From NCBI GenBank assembly GCA_963761335.1, contig CAVXGR010000021.1, positions 64,001 to 128,000 of the forward strand: a DNA stretch of 64,000 bases. The letters run 5' to 3'. How positions within the stretch are numbered: position 1 is the first letter of the stretch; the number at the start of each line of letters is the position of its first letter. Source of the DNA: an uncultured delta proteobacterium (lineage in GTDB: Bacteria; Desulfobacterota; Binatia; HRBIN30; BPIQ01). The notes below the pieces were generated by a model that did not search any database, was not told where the DNA came from, and saw only the letters and a program-made list of their open reading frames with translations. Both the position numbers and the translations under genes were made by a program. Positions 10,401 to 20,108 of the stretch are shown piece after piece.

Positions 10401-10793
10401 GCTCCCCTGCGGCAGATACGGGGTCAGGTCGATCTCGAAAGCGCGATCCGGCTGGGAGTCCTCGCCCTCTGGAGGATGGAACTGAAAGACGGGATGCGCG
10501 TCGACGAAGACGTACAGGTAACCGGAGCTGCGTGCTTCGGTCACCGCGTATTTCAAGTCCTCCTTGACCTGGATCAGGCTGCGATACGCGAAGGGCGACT
10601 CTTTGACGTCGAACCAGTAGAGGGGAACGGGCTCGTAAGCGCGCTCCTGTCCGGGCGGAAATGACGGCGTGATCCAGAAGGCGGCGCGAGCCGAGGGGAC
10701 GGCTGAGCCGCACAACCAACACCAAGCCAGGACAACGGTGACATAAATGTCGGGCCGGCGGCAGGCGCGACCCGCGGAGCGATTGCGGGTCAT
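7425..10793 (-). pseudogene. Large secreted glycoside hydrolase (sugar-binding domain plus C-terminal GH5-like catalytic domain) broken by many frameshifts; either a pseudogene or assembly indels
   Basis: Signal peptide at 10793. WRFATDP…PKAW, then YRGTAWYRTRI, WINDHLVG…NVLAFKV, and finally YDLVNEP…YSFHDY…CGEFGG lie in successive different frames. GC is lower than in the flanks. Confidence 0.7.
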
Positions 10794-10811
10794 GAGACCG
10801 ACACCAGTGGC

Positions 10812-12311
10812 CTATCGCCGCTTCGAGCTTCCCAGTATCCCCCCAAGCAGGCCTCGCAGGATCTGCCGGCCCACCTGGCTGCCGATCGTGCGCGCCGCCT
10901 GCTTGGCCATGGTCTCGACCATCCCCTGGCGGCGGCCCGTGCCCCACAGCATGTCGGCCAGCGGACCCCGCGCATCCGTCGTTTTGCTCGTCCGATCCGC
11001 TCCGGCCGCCGGAGACTCGTTGTCCGCTGCAACCTTCTCTTCGGCGCGCTTCGTCAGGATCTCGCAGGCGGACTCGCGGTTCACGGCGACGTCGTACTTG
11101 CCACCGACGGGGCTTCGCGCCCGCACCGCCGCGCGTTCCTCTGCAGTGATCGCCCCCATGCGGCAGCGCGGGGGGCAGATGAGGGTGCGCTCGACGGGCA
11201 TCGGGACGCCCTTTTCCTGGAGTGTGGACACGAGCGCCTCGCCGACGCCTAGCTGGGAGATGCTCTTGGCGACGTCGAGCCCCGGTTTGGGGACGAAGGT
11301 CTCAGCCGCGGTCCGTACCGCCTTCTGATCTCGCGGGGTGTAGGCGCGCAGGGCGTGTTGAATGCGGTTTCCGAGCTGGCCGAGAATCTCGCCCGGCACG
11401 TCGTCGGGGAACTGCGAGCAGAAGTACACGCCCACGCCCTTGGAGCGGATGATCCGCACCACCTGCTCGACGCGCTGGCGAAGGGCCGGCGGGGCGTCGT
11501 CGAAGAGGAGGTGGGCCTCGTCGAACACGAGCACGAGCTTCGGCCGGTCGAGGTCGCCGACTTCGGGTAGCTGCTCGAACAGCTCCGAGAGCAGCCACAG
11601 GAGGAAGCTCGAGTAGAGGCGCGGCTTGAGGATGAGCTTGTCCGCGGCGAGAATGCTGATCACGCCCAGGCCGCTGAGGTCGGTGCGCATCAGATCCCCG
11701 AGCTCGAGCGCCGGCTCGCCGAAGAAGCCCGCGCCGCCCTCGCGCTCCAGGGCCAGGAGGGCCCGCTGAATGGCGGCCACCGACTGCGAGGCGACGAGCC
11801 CGTAGTGTGCCGAGATGTCCTTGAGGTGCTCGGAGACGAGCCCGAGGAGGGCGCGCAGGTCATCGAGGTCGAGGAGGAGCAGCCCCTGGTCGTCGGCTAC
11901 CTTGAACGCGACTTCGAGCACGCCCGTCTGCGTGTCGTTGAGCTCCAGCATGCGGCCGAGAAGGGTGGGGCCGATCTCGCTGATCGTGACTCGGAGCGGG
12001 TGGCCCGCCTGTCCGTACAGGTCCCAGAACAGGACCGGGCTGGCGCCGGGCGCGTAGCCCTCGATGCCGATCTCGGCGAGCCGCTGCGCGATCTTCTCGT
12101 TCGGCGTGCCGGGGTAGGCCAGCCCCGCCACGTCCCCCTTCACGTCCGCCATCACCACCGGGACCCCGAGCCGCGAGAAGCCCTCGGCCAGCACCAGGAG
12201 CGAGATGGTCTTGCCCGTTCCGGTGGCGCCGGCCACGAGGCCGTGCCGGTTGCCGTACGGGGCGAGCAGATAGACGGGCTGGTCGCCCTTGCCGATCAGT
12301 ATGCGGTCCAC
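10812..12311 (-). CDS. HerA-like ATPase, DUF853/YjgR family
   Basis: NRHGLVAGATGTGKT Walker A, VFDEAH Walker B, IRSKGVGVYF, QLGNRIQHALRAYTP. Confidence 0.9.
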   Translation of the reverse strand: MDRILIGKGDQPVYLLAPYGNRHGLVAGATGTGKTISLLVLAEGFSRLGVPVVMADVKGDVAGLAYPGTPNEKIAQRLAEIGIEGYAPGASPVLFWDLYGQAGHPLRVTISEIGPTLLGRMLELNDTQTGVLEVAFKVADDQGLLLLDLDDLRALLGLVSEHLKDISAHYGLVASQSVAAIQRALLALEREGGAGFFGEPALELGDLMRTDLSGLGVISILAADKLILKPRLYSSFLLWLLSELFEQLPEVGDLDRPKLVLVFDEAHLLFDDAPPALRQRVEQVVRIIRSKGVGVYFCSQFPDDVPGEILGQLGNRIQHALRAYTPRDQKAVRTAAETFVPKPGLDVAKSISQLGVGEALVSTLQEKGVPMPVERTLICPPRCRMGAITAEERAAVRARSPVGGKYDVAVNRESACEILTKRAEEKVAADNESPAAGADRTSKTTDARGPLADMLWGTGRRQGMVETMAKQAARTIGSQVGRQILRGLLGGILGSSKRR

Positions 12312-12576
12312 GCGGGGGCTCCTGTGTATGGGTCAGCCACCTTATCGGGTCGGGCCCGCGGCGTCGTCAATAGTTCCACCGTCTACGCGTCTGTCACGAT
12401 GCGATGCAGGTGCGGACATGTCAAATCGATTCCTTCGCACTGGAGGGTCAGCGTTGTATGATGCCGCCGAGCGAGTGGGGTGATGAAAGGCTGGGTTGGA
12501 AGCGTGCCGAGCGAGACTGTCGGGTTCCTGACCTCGGACGAGGTCTGGCGATTCCTGCCGCTCATCGATTGACGCC

Positions 12577-13353
12577 ATGCGCTGGCGTGCCATTGCGCTG
12601 CCGCCCGAGCACGGCAGCTGGGGTCTCGTATTGGAGCCCATCGCCTTGGGCCTGCTGGTGGCGCCCTCTCTGGCCGGGCTCTTCTGCGGGCTGAGCGCGT
12701 TCGCGGCATTCCTGATGCGGCGTCCCTTCAAGGTCGCGTGGACACAGAGGAAGCGCCCCGCTGATCCGCGGGTGCGGGCGGCGGCGCTCGTGCTCGTGTC
12801 TTACGGGGCTGTGTTTCTGGCGGCGTTCGCGATCACCTTCGCGATCGCCGGCTGGCGGCCGCTCCTGCCGCTGGTTATCGTCTCCCCTCTGCTGCTCGTC
12901 TTTCTGGCGTATGATCTGGAGAATCAAAGTCGAGCCGGTCCTGCCGAGCTCGCCGGCGCCGTCGTCTTCTCCGCGGTTCCTGCTGGGATCGCGCTTGCGG
13001 CAGGCTGGCCCTGGGCTCCGGCAGCCGCCCTCGGCGCGGTGCTGATCGCGCGCGCCATACCGTCGATCCTGTACGTGCGAAGTCGGATTCGGCTCGACCG
13101 CGGCCGAAAGTCTGGTCGTTGGACGACGATGGCTGCGCACGGGGCCGCGCTCGCGGCCGTTGTCGCCCTCGCCTGGGCGGAGCTTCTACCCGCTCTCTCA
13201 CTTCTGGCGCTTGTCGCGATGCTCCTCCGCGCCGGCGTCGGCCTGTCGGAACGACGACCAGCGCAATCGATGCGCTCGGTCGGCTTGACCGAGATGGCGC
13301 TGGGGATCCTGACTCTCGTGGCCGTGTCGGTCGGCTATTGGACTGGGGTGTGA
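12577..13353 (+). CDS. YwiC-like membrane protein
   Basis: N-terminal PPEHGSWG motif, about 8 TM segments, C-terminal VGLTE. Confidence 0.8.
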   Translation: MRWRAIALPPEHGSWGLVLEPIALGLLVAPSLAGLFCGLSAFAAFLMRRPFKVAWTQRKRPADPRVRAAALVLVSYGAVFLAAFAITFAIAGWRPLLPLVIVSPLLLVFLAYDLENQSRAGPAELAGAVVFSAVPAGIALAAGWPWAPAAALGAVLIARAIPSILYVRSRIRLDRGRKSGRWTTMAAHGAALAAVVALAWAELLPALSLLALVAMLLRAGVGLSERRPAQSMRSVGLTEMALGILTLVAVSVGYWTGV

Positions 13354-13423
13354 TTCGGAGTCAGGTGCCGCGCCCACGCGCGGTTGATGTCCCGTAAGTG
13401 ATCTGGTCGGACTCGGCGATCAG

Positions 13424-13744
13424 TCACTCCCCGTACATCTCCGTGATCACTCGGCGTAGCGTTGCCGCTTCGTTCCTGCTTAGCGAGCCGATCTTGTCGC
13501 CGAGCCGCTTCTTGCTCACCGTACGGATCTGGTCGACAGCAATCTCCGCCGGCCGACCGGCACATCGCACCTGGACTCGCGACCGCCATGCCGGATGCAG
13601 CTGAGTGGTCAGCGGACAGATCGTCACGGTTTCCAAGTGACGGTTCAGGATGTCCATGCTGACGATGACGGCGGGGCGGGTCTTGGCCATCTCGGCGCCG
13701 TGCGTCGGGTCGAGAGTAATCCAACGAATTTCGTAGCGCTTCAT
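13424..13744 (-). CDS. mazF: PemK/MazF family endoribonuclease toxin
   Basis: LDPTHGAEMAKTRPAVIVS, PLTT and DQIRTVSKKRL motifs. Confidence 0.9.
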   Translation of the reverse strand: MKRYEIRWITLDPTHGAEMAKTRPAVIVSMDILNRHLETVTICPLTTQLHPAWRSRVQVRCAGRPAEIAVDQIRTVSKKRLGDKIGSLSRNEAATLRRVITEMYGE

Positions 13745-13746
13745 CG

Positions 13747-14082
13747 CTACTTCGGCGGGCGTCGTTTCGCTCGGTAGCGAGACGTTGTCTCCGCCACCCG
13801 CGGCTGTTCAACCGACTCCTGCCAGGGAAGGCTCCGCAGGCCGTCACCGGCCGTCTGCTCCCACTCGTCCCACAGCTCGCCACTTGTGGCCATCTCGCGA
13901 GCTGTGTCCTCCCACGAGAGCTTCTCGATTGCGCGTCCGACGGGGCGCAGGAGAATGCCTTCGGCGCGCTCTTCCATAATGACAGCCTCGCCAATGCGAT
14001 AGCGCCGCAGAGAGGCCGCAGGCAAGCGCACGCCGCGGGAGTTGCCGATTCGCGCCACCTTGAGCTTGATTGTGCTGGCCAT
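13747..14082 (-). CDS. AbrB/MazE family antitoxin
   Basis: KVARIGNSRGVRLP motif; directly upstream of the toxin. Confidence 0.85.
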   Translation of the reverse strand: MASTIKLKVARIGNSRGVRLPAASLRRYRIGEAVIMEERAEGILLRPVGRAIEKLSWEDTAREMATSGELWDEWEQTAGDGLRSLPWQESVEQPRVAETTSRYRAKRRPPK

Positions 14083-14281
14083 GTGAGCACTGTAATAACA
14101 TTGGATGGCGGCGGCAGACAAGCGACCGGGCTACTCGCAGCGGTCGGAGCGAGTAGAAGACGACGGGATGAGGACTGGGAATGAGGGTCGAGAAGAGACG
14201 CTTCCGTGGCAGCCTCGCGGCCTCGCCCCTTGACGCGCCGGCGGCGCTGGGATCTGCTTCCCCGCCGAGGCGAGGAGGCAC

Positions 14282-15613
14282 ATGCTCGAGTTTCCCGAAG
14301 GATTTCTCTGGGGCACCGCGACCGCGGCGTATCAGATCGAGGGTGGACACGACGCCGGCGGCCGCAAGCCATCGATCTGGGACACGTTCTCGCACCTTCC
14401 CGGCAAGGTCTTCGAGAACCAGAACGGCGACGTCGCCTGCGATCACTACCATCGCTATCGCGAAGACGTCGCCCTCATGGCGGGGCTCGGCCTCGACGCC
14501 TACCGCTTCTCGATCTCCTGGTCTCGCGTGCTTCCCGACGGCACCGGTGCCGTGAACCGGGAAGGTCTGGACTTCTACAACCGCCTGGTCGACGCGCTGC
14601 TCGAGCGCGGCATCCGCCCGTTCATCACCCTCTATCATTGGGATCTGCCGCAGGCGATCGAGGATCGCGGTGGCTGGGGGTCGCGCGAGACGCCGAAGGC
14701 CTTCGGCGAGTACGCCGCCGTGGTCGGCAGCGCCCTCGGCGACCGCGTCAAGGACTGGATCACGCTGAACGAGCCCATGGCCTCGGCGGTGCTCGGCTAT
14801 ATGTTCGGGATGCACGCGCCCGGCCTCCAGGACCCGGCGCTGGGCTTCCGTGTCTCGCATCATCTCAATCTCGCCCACGGAGACGCGGTGCGGGTGCTGC
14901 GCGCTGCGGTGCCGCGTGCCAACATCGGCATCACCCACGTCTCCGCGCCGGTGTACGCCGCCACCGACTCCGAGGCGGACCGTGCCGCCGCCCATCGCTA
15001 CGACGGCTTCGTCAACCGCTGGTACTGGGATCCGCCGCTTCTCGGCACCTATCCCGCCGACATCCTCGAACGCCTGGGACCCCTGGCGCCGCCGGTGGAG
15101 GACGGCGACATGGAACGCCTGTCGCCGCCGATCGATTTCTTCGGTCACAACAGCTACTCGCGCGCCATCGTCCGCAACGACCCCGAGACGATGCTCACCG
15201 AGGTCGCCCAGGTGCCCGCGGTGGGCAAGCCGCACACCGACATGGGATGGGAGATCTACCCGGACCACCTGTACGATGCCCTGGTGCGCATCGATCGCGA
15301 TTACGGTGCCCCGGAAATCTACATCACCGAGAACGGTGCCGCCTTTGCCGACGAGGTGGTGGCGGGCGCCGTCGACGACCCGCAGCGCATCGAATACCTG
15401 CGCGCCCATATCGCCGCGGCGCACCGCGCCATCCAGGACGGCGTGAAGCTGCGGGGCTATTTCTGCTGGTCCCTGCTCGACAACTTCGAGTGGTCGTTCG
15501 GCTACTCGAAGCGCTTCGGCATCGTCTACGTCGACTACCCCAGCCAGCGCCGCATCGTGAAGGCGAGCGGCCGCTTTCTCGCCGAGGTGGTGCGCCGCAA
15601 CGGGTTGCCCTGA
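14282..15613 (+). CDS. GH1 beta-glucosidase
   Basis: FLWGTATAAYQIEG, TLNEP, ITENG and WSLLDNFEW motifs; AGGAGG RBS. Confidence 0.95.
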   Translation: MLEFPEGFLWGTATAAYQIEGGHDAGGRKPSIWDTFSHLPGKVFENQNGDVACDHYHRYREDVALMAGLGLDAYRFSISWSRVLPDGTGAVNREGLDFYNRLVDALLERGIRPFITLYHWDLPQAIEDRGGWGSRETPKAFGEYAAVVGSALGDRVKDWITLNEPMASAVLGYMFGMHAPGLQDPALGFRVSHHLNLAHGDAVRVLRAAVPRANIGITHVSAPVYAATDSEADRAAAHRYDGFVNRWYWDPPLLGTYPADILERLGPLAPPVEDGDMERLSPPIDFFGHNSYSRAIVRNDPETMLTEVAQVPAVGKPHTDMGWEIYPDHLYDALVRIDRDYGAPEIYITENGAAFADEVVAGAVDDPQRIEYLRAHIAAAHRAIQDGVKLRGYFCWSLLDNFEWSFGYSKRFGIVYVDYPSQRRIVKASGRFLAEVVRRNGLP

Positions 15614-15615
15614 GA

Positions 15616-15690
15616 TGGGGACAGGCTACTTTTGCGCGTCGGCGGTGTCATGAAAGCGATGGTCTCGGCCGCAAAAGTTGCCTGTCCCCA
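15616..15690. repeat. Intergenic inverted repeat, family C (GGGGACAGGC…GCCTGTCCCC)
   Basis: TGGGGACAGGCTACTTTTGCG … CGCAAAAGTTGCCTGTCCCCA; related copy at 44910-44981. Confidence 0.75.
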
Positions 15691-15708
15691 GCGGGCGTAG
15701 GTGCGGCG

Positions 15709-16134
15709 ATGCCTCTCGTCTCTGCCGGCTGCGTCGTCACCCGAGCCGGCCCGCAAGGTACCGAGGTGCTGCTGGTGCACGCCCGGCGGGCATCGTTCCG
15801 GCGCCCGCTCTTCGGCATTCCCAAGGGGCTTGTCGAGGCGGGGGAGACCCTCGAGGAGGCGGCCCGGCGCGAGACCGAGGAGGAGACCGGCCTACGGGTC
15901 CATATCCTCGGTCCTCTCGGCAGCATCAGGCAGAAGTCCGGCAAGATCGTGCACGCCTTTGGCGCCGTGGTGGCGCCCGAAAGTGAAGGCAGAATCGACA
16001 AAAAGGGCCGCTGTGAGGCCGCCGACGGGGAGAACGACGTCTGCCGTTTCTACCCCATCGAGAAGGCGCGTCCCCTGATGATCCCCGCTCAGCGCGAGCT
16101 CCTCGACCGGCTGGCCGAGATCCCCGCCCATTGA
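15709..16134 (+). CDS. NUDIX hydrolase
   Basis: Nudix box PKGLVEAGETLEEAARRETEEETG. Confidence 0.9.
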   Translation: MPLVSAGCVVTRAGPQGTEVLLVHARRASFRRPLFGIPKGLVEAGETLEEAARRETEEETGLRVHILGPLGSIRQKSGKIVHAFGAVVAPESEGRIDKKGRCEAADGENDVCRFYPIEKARPLMIPAQRELLDRLAEIPAH

Positions 16135-16187
16135 CCTCGCCTCGCGCTCGCCGTAGCCTCCGGGAACCCAACCCCAAGGAGATTTAC

Positions 16188-17174
16188 ATGCGAACCATCG
16201 CCTTCACCGTCATAGCCGTTCTCGGCTCTGCCCTGATGGCTGTTGCCGCCGACACCACGGTGGCCACAGTCGCCGGGCACACCATCACCCAATCGGAGCT
16301 CGAGCAGCACGTGAAGCCCAAGCTGATCGAGATCGACAACGAGCGCTACGAGACGCTCAGCCAGGGTCTCGACGAGATGGTCACCGACATCCTGCTCGAG
16401 CAGGAGGCCAAGGCGCGCGGCATCAGCAAGGACGATCTGGTGGAGAAGGAGGTGGAGTCGAAGATCCCCGAGCCCACCGACGCCGAGGTGCAGAAGCTCT
16501 ACGACGACAACAAGGATCAGCTCAACGGCGCTTCGCTCGATTCGGTGAAGCCGCGCATCGTCCAGTACCTGAAGCAGCAGAAGGGAGCCGCGGTGGCCCA
16601 GACCTACATCGCCGGCCTCAAGAAGAAGTACAAGACGACGGTCCTCCTGCATCCGCCCGTTGTCGAGGTCGGCACCGGCCCGCGGCCGCCTCGCGGCGGC
16701 GCCAACGCGGCGGTCACCATCGTCACCTTCTCGGACTACGAGTGCCCCTTCTGCAAGCGCGCCGAGTCGACCGTGGACCAGGTGATGAAGGCGTACGGGG
16801 ACAAGGTCCGCCTCTACTTCCGCGATTATCCGCTGCCCTTCCACCAGCACGCGCGACCGGCCGCCGAGGCCGCGGAGTGCGCCAATGCCCAGGGGAAGTT
16901 CTGGGACTACCACGACAAGCTGATGGCGAGTAAGGACCTGTCGCCGGAGAACCTGAAGAAGATGGCCGCCGACACCGGTATGGACGCCAAGAAGTTCGAC
17001 GAGTGCGTCGCCAAGAACCCGTACAAGGACATCATCGAGAAGGACATCGCCGACGGCGCCACCGCCGGAGTCAACGGCACGCCCGCCTTCTTCATCAACG
17101 GTCGCCTGATCTCCGGCGCCCAGCCGTTCGAGAAGTTCAAGGAGATCATCGACGAGGAGCTGGCGCGGAAATAG
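16188..17174 (+). CDS. Secreted DsbA-like thioredoxin-fold protein with SurA-like N-terminal domain
   Basis: Signal peptide, FSDYECPFC and GVNGTPAFFING; AAGGAG RBS. Confidence 0.85.
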   Translation: MRTIAFTVIAVLGSALMAVAADTTVATVAGHTITQSELEQHVKPKLIEIDNERYETLSQGLDEMVTDILLEQEAKARGISKDDLVEKEVESKIPEPTDAEVQKLYDDNKDQLNGASLDSVKPRIVQYLKQQKGAAVAQTYIAGLKKKYKTTVLLHPPVVEVGTGPRPPRGGANAAVTIVTFSDYECPFCKRAESTVDQVMKAYGDKVRLYFRDYPLPFHQHARPAAEAAECANAQGKFWDYHDKLMASKDLSPENLKKMAADTGMDAKKFDECVAKNPYKDIIEKDIADGATAGVNGTPAFFINGRLISGAQPFEKFKEIIDEELARK

Positions 17175-17177
17175 GGA

Positions 17178-19370
17178 TTGGTGTCCGGCCGAGGATCAAA
17201 GAGACGGGGCGCGGCGCTGCTGCTCGGCGGCGCCGCCTTCCTGGTTGCCTCGGCGGCGTCGGCCATCGTCGTTCCCGACGATTACTCGACCATCCAGGCG
17301 GCCCTGAACGCCGCCGTTCCGGGTGACACCATCGAGGTGAAGGACACCCCCGGGCCCTATGCGGAGAAGATCGCCTTCCCGAGCAGCGGGGCCCCGGGGG
17401 CCTACATCACCCTGCAGGCGTTCGCCGGCCATTCGCCGGTGCTCGACGGCACCGGGGTGCCCGGCGAGAACATGGTGCTCATCGACTCGAAGAGCTACGT
17501 CAAGATCGTCGGCTTCGAGATTCGCAACAACCTCGGCGTCCACGACGGCTCCGGGATCCGCGTCCTCGGCTCCGGCTCGCACATCGAGCTTCGCGACAAC
17601 CGCATTCACGACATCCGCGGCAGCAATGCCATGGGGATCACCGTCTACGGCACCGAGGCGACCTCGATCTCGGATCTGATCATCGACGGCAACCAGATCT
17701 ACGACTGCGAGCCGGCGCGCAGCGAGGCGCTGACGCTCAACGGCAATGTCGAGACGTTCGAGGTGACCAACAACGTCGTCCGAGACGTGAACAACATCGG
17801 CATCGATTTCATCGGCGGCGAGACCGACATCCAGCCGGACACCAGCAAGGTGGCGCGCAACGGCGTGTGTCGCGGCAACCAGGTCTACCGCGCCAACTCG
17901 ATCTACGGCGGTGGTTATGCCGGCGGCATCTACGTCGACGGCGGCAAGGACATCGTCATCGAGCGCAACATCGTCGCCGAGAGCGATCTGGGGCTCGAGG
18001 TCGGCGCCGAGAACTCCGGCATCGTCAGCAGCGGCGTCATCGTCCGCGACAACATCCTCTACCACAACCAGAAGGCGGGCCTCGCCTTCGGCGGCTACGC
18101 GGCGTCCGTCGGGCGGGTGAAGAGCTGCTCGTTCCTCAACAACACGCTCTATCAGAACGACACGCTGAACGTCGGGCTGGGGGAGCTGTGGGTCCAGTAC
18201 GCCGAGGACAACGTCGTCCGCAACAATGTCTTCTACGCCGGCGCGCAGAACCTGCTCATCTACTCGGAGTCCGGCAACGTCAACAACGCCCTCGACTACA
18301 ATCTCTGGTTCGCGGACGCCGGCGCCGGCAGCGCCGTCTTCGTCTGGAAGAACACGGGGTACAGCGGCTTCGCCTCTTACCTCGCCGGATCCGGCGAGGA
18401 CGCCCACTCGGTGTTTGCCGATCCGCAGCTCGTCGACGCCGGCGCCGCCGACTTCCACCTGTCGTCGACCTCGCCGGCGGTGAACGCCGGCGATCCGGGC
18501 TTCGCCGCGGCGATGGGGGAGACGGACATCGACGGCGCGCCGCGGGTCAGCGGCGGCCGCGTCGATGCCGGCGCCGACGAGGTGACCTGCGGCGACGGCG
18601 TGATCGACGCCGGCGAGACCTGCGACGATGGCAATCTGGTCGATTGCGACGGCTGTGACAGCAACTGCACCGATTCGAGCCTGTGCGGCAACGGCATCGT
18701 CTGCGGCGCCGAGCAGTGCGACGACGGCAACACCGTGAATGGAGACTGCTGCTCCGCGAGCTGCGGCTTCGAGGCGGGCGGTGCGCCGTGCGACGACGGC
18801 GATCTCTGCACGCACGGCGACAGCTGCGACGGCGCCGGGCAGTGCGCCGGTACCGCCACTCCCGCGCCGGTGTGCGACGCCCCGACGCTTGCGGGCAAGT
18901 CGCTCCTGCTGCTGCGCGATCGCGACCCGGACAAGCGCGATCTGCTGGTGTGGAGATGGACGAAGGGGCCGCTGGTGGACATCGGAGACTTCGGCGACCC
19001 GACGGCGAGCACCGCCTACGCCCTCTGCATCTACGACGGCTCCGGCGACCCGCAGCCGCGGCTGCGCGCCGCCATCGATGCCGGCGGGCAGTGCGCCGGA
19101 AAGCCGTGCTGGCGCCCGACGAAGAAGGGGTACCGCTATCGCGACAAGAATCTCCTCGCCGGCGGTGTGAAGACGATCAACCTGATATCCGGCGATCCCG
19201 GTCGCAGCCGCATCATCGTCCGGGGCAAGGGGGACAACCTCGACATGCCGTCCCTCGGCCTCACGCCACCGGTCACCGCGCAGCTCGAGAACGACGCTGG
19301 AGCCTGCTGGGGGGCGACGTACTCTTCGCCGATCGCCAACGACCCGACGTTGCTCAAGGCCAGAGAGTGA
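17178..19370 (+). CDS. Secreted right-handed beta-helix protein with Myxococcus-type Cys-rich repeats and a C-terminal domain
   Basis: Signal peptide, YSTIQAAL, repeated parallel beta-helix turns, CGDG…E.CDDGN…DGC repeats. Confidence 0.8.
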   Translation: MVSGRGSKRRGAALLLGGAAFLVASAASAIVVPDDYSTIQAALNAAVPGDTIEVKDTPGPYAEKIAFPSSGAPGAYITLQAFAGHSPVLDGTGVPGENMVLIDSKSYVKIVGFEIRNNLGVHDGSGIRVLGSGSHIELRDNRIHDIRGSNAMGITVYGTEATSISDLIIDGNQIYDCEPARSEALTLNGNVETFEVTNNVVRDVNNIGIDFIGGETDIQPDTSKVARNGVCRGNQVYRANSIYGGGYAGGIYVDGGKDIVIERNIVAESDLGLEVGAENSGIVSSGVIVRDNILYHNQKAGLAFGGYAASVGRVKSCSFLNNTLYQNDTLNVGLGELWVQYAEDNVVRNNVFYAGAQNLLIYSESGNVNNALDYNLWFADAGAGSAVFVWKNTGYSGFASYLAGSGEDAHSVFADPQLVDAGAADFHLSSTSPAVNAGDPGFAAAMGETDIDGAPRVSGGRVDAGADEVTCGDGVIDAGETCDDGNLVDCDGCDSNCTDSSLCGNGIVCGAEQCDDGNTVNGDCCSASCGFEAGGAPCDDGDLCTHGDSCDGAGQCAGTATPAPVCDAPTLAGKSLLLLRDRDPDKRDLLVWRWTKGPLVDIGDFGDPTASTAYALCIYDGSGDPQPRLRAAIDAGGQCAGKPCWRPTKKGYRYRDKNLLAGGVKTINLISGDPGRSRIIVRGKGDNLDMPSLGLTPPVTAQLENDAGACWGATYSSPIANDPTLLKARE

Positions 19371-19429
19371 AGGAGCGAGGTGCCGAGGGGTTGGGTGCTG
19401 GGGGCCGAACGGGGCGCGAAATTTCGCGG

Positions 19430-20005
19430 TTATTCGCGGGGAGAGCCTTCGGCATCCTGCCCGCGCAGCGTATGCCAGCCGCGGCGGACTCTGACCCAGG
19501 CGTTCATGGCGCCCCGCTGGCCCAAGATCAAGGCCGCGCCGACGAGAATCATCGCGCCGCTCTGGGCCAGCTCGCCGGCGATCTCGCGGGCGAATTCCTG
19601 GACACTGTCACCGCGAGCGTCGCTGAGGGCGAAGGCCGTTGCGAAACGCGCAAAGTGCGGCAGTGCCGCCGCGATCATCGCGGTGCCGATGACGGCGAGG
19701 AGCATCGCTCTGAGATCGGCGATTGAGATCGTTGCCGCCGCCGGGGCGGCGGGGTCGCCGAGCTTCCAGGTGGCGAGCCGTCCGCTGTACCCGATCAGCG
19801 CCCCGCCGAGGCCGAAGAGCAGGACGGTAGGGACAATGCCGATCGCCGCCACCGCCGGCCAGCTCACGTTGAGCGGCAGAAGCTGCTTCTGAAGCTCGGG
19901 GCTGAGCAGGAACCCTACCGCGAACAAATTGTTCAATGCCTCGACCAGGGCATAGATCCCGGCGAGCACGAAGGCGAGCGATCCGAGCTCACGCTTAGTC
20001 ATCAT
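19430..20005 (-). CDS. Hypothetical membrane protein (about 4 TM)
   Basis: Own start MMTKRELG; hydrophobic helices. Confidence 0.55.
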   Translation of the reverse strand: MMTKRELGSLAFVLAGIYALVEALNNLFAVGFLLSPELQKQLLPLNVSWPAVAAIGIVPTVLLFGLGGALIGYSGRLATWKLGDPAAPAAATISIADLRAMLLAVIGTAMIAAALPHFARFATAFALSDARGDSVQEFAREIAGELAQSGAMILVGAALILGQRGAMNAWVRVRRGWHTLRGQDAEGSPRE

Positions 20006-20108
20006 CCTTGGTATCCTTTCAGCTGCCGGGCAACCGCGCCGACGCGGTCGCGTTCCGGGAAAGGCTCTGGCGCTCTCTCTGCTATCTGCCTTTCCGTAGC
20101 GCCACAAG

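Noticed and set aside
13981..13990. GACAGCCTC as the missing right TIR of the 7359 element
   Set aside because: It is only a 9-bp match inside an intact antitoxin CDS, with no TTCA duplication.
10812..14082. HerA-based anti-phage defence island
   Set aside because: The ATPase is the widespread DUF853/YjgR type with no Sir2, NurA or nuclease partner. The nearby MazEF is an ordinary TA pair.
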